A stretch of 64,000 nucleotides of DNA, taken from NCBI GenBank assembly GCA_040285745.1, contig JAUFOR010000008.1, forward strand, positions 1,116,001-1,180,000. The letters are read 5' to 3'. The DNA is from Barthelona sp. PCE (taxonomy: Eukaryota). The position numbers were made by a program, and so were the translations under genes. The notes below the pieces were generated by a model. That model was not told the origin of the DNA and searched no databases. It saw only the letters and a program-made list of their open reading frames with translations. Of the stretch, positions 61,333-64,000 are shown piece by piece (position 1 is the stretch's first letter; every line of letters starts with the position of its first letter).

Positions 61333-63780
61333 ATGGGTTTTTATTCACGTAAGGGCAGGCAAAAGCACTGCTTTAAATGCACAAGCAGCGCTGAGAATGA
61401 TGTATCGGTATCAATACAGAGTTTGTATGTTTCATCAGACTTTTCATGGTTTTTTTTGAGCACCCCCAGTCCAAACACGCGTCTTTTGTTGCCCAGAGGC
61501 GACCATATTGAACAATTCGTTCGTATACTACAGTTTTGTACATTGAAAGATGGATTTGCTGTTGTTATACCATTATCAAGCATTTTAAATCACAAAAAAC
61601 TGAACCCCTCATCACTAGACGATCTTATAGGCAAGAAATTGTTTATTTTTGATGATATTCGAAGCAAAAAAAATATCTTTTTTCATTTTGATATTGTTAC
61701 AGTTTCTTCATTAACAGATTATGTTATGAACACTGAAAAGGCTATGGTAGAAAGGCTTGAAACCAAGGAAGAGGATGTAATTGAAGAGGACGGTGAACCA
61801 TTTACAGTACGTCTTCTTAGTTACGATTCCCACCTCGGTTACACAAGAGCTGTTCCGATGAATAGAAGCCTTCCATTCGTCTACGTGACGATGGGAACGG
61901 TGGAATCCGCCGCTGGATTTGTGGAGGTGCGACGTACAACGACGAACATAAATGACATGTGGCTGTGCAAGGTTGTACGTGACCTCGCAAGGTATGACCC
62001 TGTGTTGTTGCAGGCATTTGGAGCAGATGAGTCTCTCACTCTGTCGATGTTGGACGAAGAAGAAATTATACCAGAGTTTATGAGTGAAATTGAAGATGAT
62101 GAAGAAAACGTACTCGATCTCACAGAGTATTCGCAGAAAACGTTTTCTATTGACACCCAGAATACAAGGGATATTGATGACGCGTTCACCTTTCTGTCTA
62201 AAGGAAACGATAAGACACTTTGCATACACATTGTTGATATGACTGCCAACAAACAGCTCATAGATGAGAAAGAGGGTCTGCTCCAAAGCGTATACGGCGA
62301 AGAACACTGTTATAAGCACATGTTCGGGTCCAAAGATGGGAAGCAGGGTCTTGTTGCAAACCAGAACAAGCGCTGCCTGACATTATGGCTAGATAAAGAT
62401 GATGAAGGCTTTAACTATGATTTTCACCAGACGTTGGTCAACGTATCAGAGAACCGATGTTATTCAACGTGTCACGATCTGGAGAGCATTCTTGAGAGTG
62501 TAAGTTCTTTTCTTCAACAGTTTTGCGATGAGTACGATGTACCCATCGAGTTTGATGAAAGCGATCCTGCTACAGTTGTTATGAATATGATGTTAGTTTA
62601 CGGTGCAATGTTTGCACAAATGTGCTGCGAGGACGGAATTAAGTGTATGTACAGATATAATTCGTACAATCAAGGGACAAAGCCAATTAAGCACGAGTAT
62701 CTAGGTTTCAAGTATGTGCGTGCAACGAGCCCTCTACGGCGTCTATCCGATCTGATGATGCAGTGTGTACTGAAAGCAGCGTTAAAAGACGAAAGTTATG
62801 CAATTAATAGCATGGTGTTTGGGGAGTGCATTGAGCAAGAGGTTGCTGCAAACAGGGTAAGTCGTAACGCAGGACTGTGGCGGTTGGACCATCTAGCATC
62901 ACTAGGATACACGAAGTTTAGTGCTCAAGTGAAAAGATTGGATATGGATAACACTAATATTGGATTGTGTATTGATTTACCACAGGAATACGTGCGCCAG
63001 TTTGTGTTTATGCATAGACACAGTTTTTACTGTGGCTTCAGTTATTTCACAGATATTTCTGTTATTGACAGTCTGTTAGAATCTGGCGCAAAAAGTTTGA
63101 ATTTATCAGTTAAAACTGGCAGCTCTGTGTTCAGATTGGGCATTCCTTCCCTTTCTGTTACAAGCAAAGTTGATACTGTGGATGATGAAATTAATTTCGG
63201 AGTTCAATCTTTTTACAGCATGAATGATCTTAAATCAACCAATATATTGCCAGATCCACCACTTTTCGAGATCCCAACAATGAGAAATCCTTTTGGAATA
63301 CCTGTTTTTTTAGAGAGATCAAAAATTTTTTATTTTGTTGATCAAGCTATGCAAGGATACACTGTTCCTTTGTTGTGTAGCCGGGGTGTTTTTGGAAGCA
63401 GGATTAATTATATTATCGCTCATTGTGAAAATAATGTGGGTTTTTGTGGCCTTGTTGATAACGGTGATCAGAATTCAGTTTTTTTGATAACTAATGAGTT
63501 GATGAGCGAACGTCTGATAATTAATATGGAGAGGAACTGTGAGCACCTGTATCGCTTACCGGAGGGAAGGAAGTTGTTTAACATGGATGATTACCATCGA
63601 TGCTTCAGTCAAAGTTTGTTAAAGTTGAATATTGGGATGTACGTTGCGCCAACAATGCTATTTATGTTTACTAATAATTGGTCGTATGAGAAAAATGCCA
63701 ATAAGGCAGTTATTCGTTTTTGCAAAAGTGTATATGAGAAAAAAGCACAACGAAAGACAATATTTGAATCTATTCTTTGA
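61333..63780 (+). CDS. RNB-domain (RNase II/R/Dis3 family) exoribonuclease-like protein
   Basis: TFSIDTQNTRDIDDAF, LCIHIVD, SVY, YVRATSPLRRLSDL. First ATG 61333. Confidence 0.85.
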   Translation: MGFYSRKGRQKHCFKCTSSAENDVSVSIQSLYVSSDFSWFFLSTPSPNTRLLLPRGDHIEQFVRILQFCTLKDGFAVVIPLSSILNHKKLNPSSLDDLIGKKLFIFDDIRSKKNIFFHFDIVTVSSLTDYVMNTEKAMVERLETKEEDVIEEDGEPFTVRLLSYDSHLGYTRAVPMNRSLPFVYVTMGTVESAAGFVEVRRTTTNINDMWLCKVVRDLARYDPVLLQAFGADESLTLSMLDEEEIIPEFMSEIEDDEENVLDLTEYSQKTFSIDTQNTRDIDDAFTFLSKGNDKTLCIHIVDMTANKQLIDEKEGLLQSVYGEEHCYKHMFGSKDGKQGLVANQNKRCLTLWLDKDDEGFNYDFHQTLVNVSENRCYSTCHDLESILESVSSFLQQFCDEYDVPIEFDESDPATVVMNMMLVYGAMFAQMCCEDGIKCMYRYNSYNQGTKPIKHEYLGFKYVRATSPLRRLSDLMMQCVLKAALKDESYAINSMVFGECIEQEVAANRVSRNAGLWRLDHLASLGYTKFSAQVKRLDMDNTNIGLCIDLPQEYVRQFVFMHRHSFYCGFSYFTDISVIDSLLESGAKSLNLSVKTGSSVFRLGIPSLSVTSKVDTVDDEINFGVQSFYSMNDLKSTNILPDPPLFEIPTMRNPFGIPVFLERSKIFYFVDQAMQGYTVPLLCSRGVFGSRINYIIAHCENNVGFCGLVDNGDQNSVFLITNELMSERLIINMERNCEHLYRLPEGRKLFNMDDYHRCFSQSLLKLNIGMYVAPTMLFMFTNNWSYEKNANKAVIRFCKSVYEKKAQRKTIFESIL

Positions 63781-64000
63781 CATGTGTTGTGTTTAATTGT
63801 CTAAAAAAGTTAAGAAATTGATCAAAGTAATCGTTGGCGAGGATATCTTCTGAAGTTTTTAGTTGTTCAGGAATCTCCTTGTATATCTGTCTGCATATGC
63901 TCACATCGCTGTTGATGCTATCAATTAATCCTTGGATAGACTCAAATTTTGATTGTGGACGAATATGATGAGTACATATTACTGACAGTTCAGTATCATA
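63770..64000 (-). CDS. RFK: Riboflavin kinase, 3' end only (gene runs off the window)
   Basis: Manual translation YDTELSVICTHHIRPQSKFESIQGLIDSINSDVSICRQ...HVKE* matches the RFK C-terminus pattern (Y...L.V....IRP...F.S...LI..I..D). Not in the ORF track. Confidence 0.8.
   Translation of the reverse strand, partial: YDTELSVICTHHIRPQSKFESIQGLIDSINSDVSICRQIYKEIPEQLKTSEDILANDYFDQFLNFFRQLNTTHVKE

Noticed and set aside
2179-64000. Alternative genetic code (TAA/TAG as Gln)
   Set aside because: Conserved genes such as RPL15 and RPB6 end at TAA at the expected positions, others end at TAG, and long ORFs are open in the standard code.

Overview
Gene-dense, essentially intron-free eukaryotic DNA, most consistent with a compact-genome protist. 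The standard code is used (TAA, TAG and TGA are all stops); the taxon cannot be fixed from this window. About 26 protein-coding genes are packed with very short spacers: ULK4/RUNKEL-like kinase, stand-alone SPX protein, SF3A2, histone H2B, GH20-IPT/TIG membrane protein, MYST acetyltransferase, EB1-C-like protein, bromodomain-ET protein, RPB6, ABCC transporter, two orphan membrane proteins, PWP2, RPL15, Orc1/Cdc6, kinesin, RhoGDI, bacterial-type SMI1/KNR4 (SUKH) protein, divergent kinase, adaptin, RIIa-docking/5'-nucleotidase-fold fusion, ASM/Ppn1-like phosphoesterase, a 3188-aa LRR/ARM protein, an RNB exoribonuclease and the 3' end of riboflavin kinase. The clearest non-genic structure is a 1514-bp hAT-type DNA transposon (58515-60028). 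It has perfect 133-bp terminal inverted repeats, an exact 8-bp target-site duplication that contains a host stop codon, and a broken transposase that may carry an intron. Other points of interest are several apparently dead enzyme or reader folds in new architectures, a SUKH gene tail-to-tail with an odd kinase, an H2B with an acidic tail, four candidate structured ncRNAs, and a decayed GC-rich coding relic at the left edge. All family calls come from reading motifs by eye; no searches were run.
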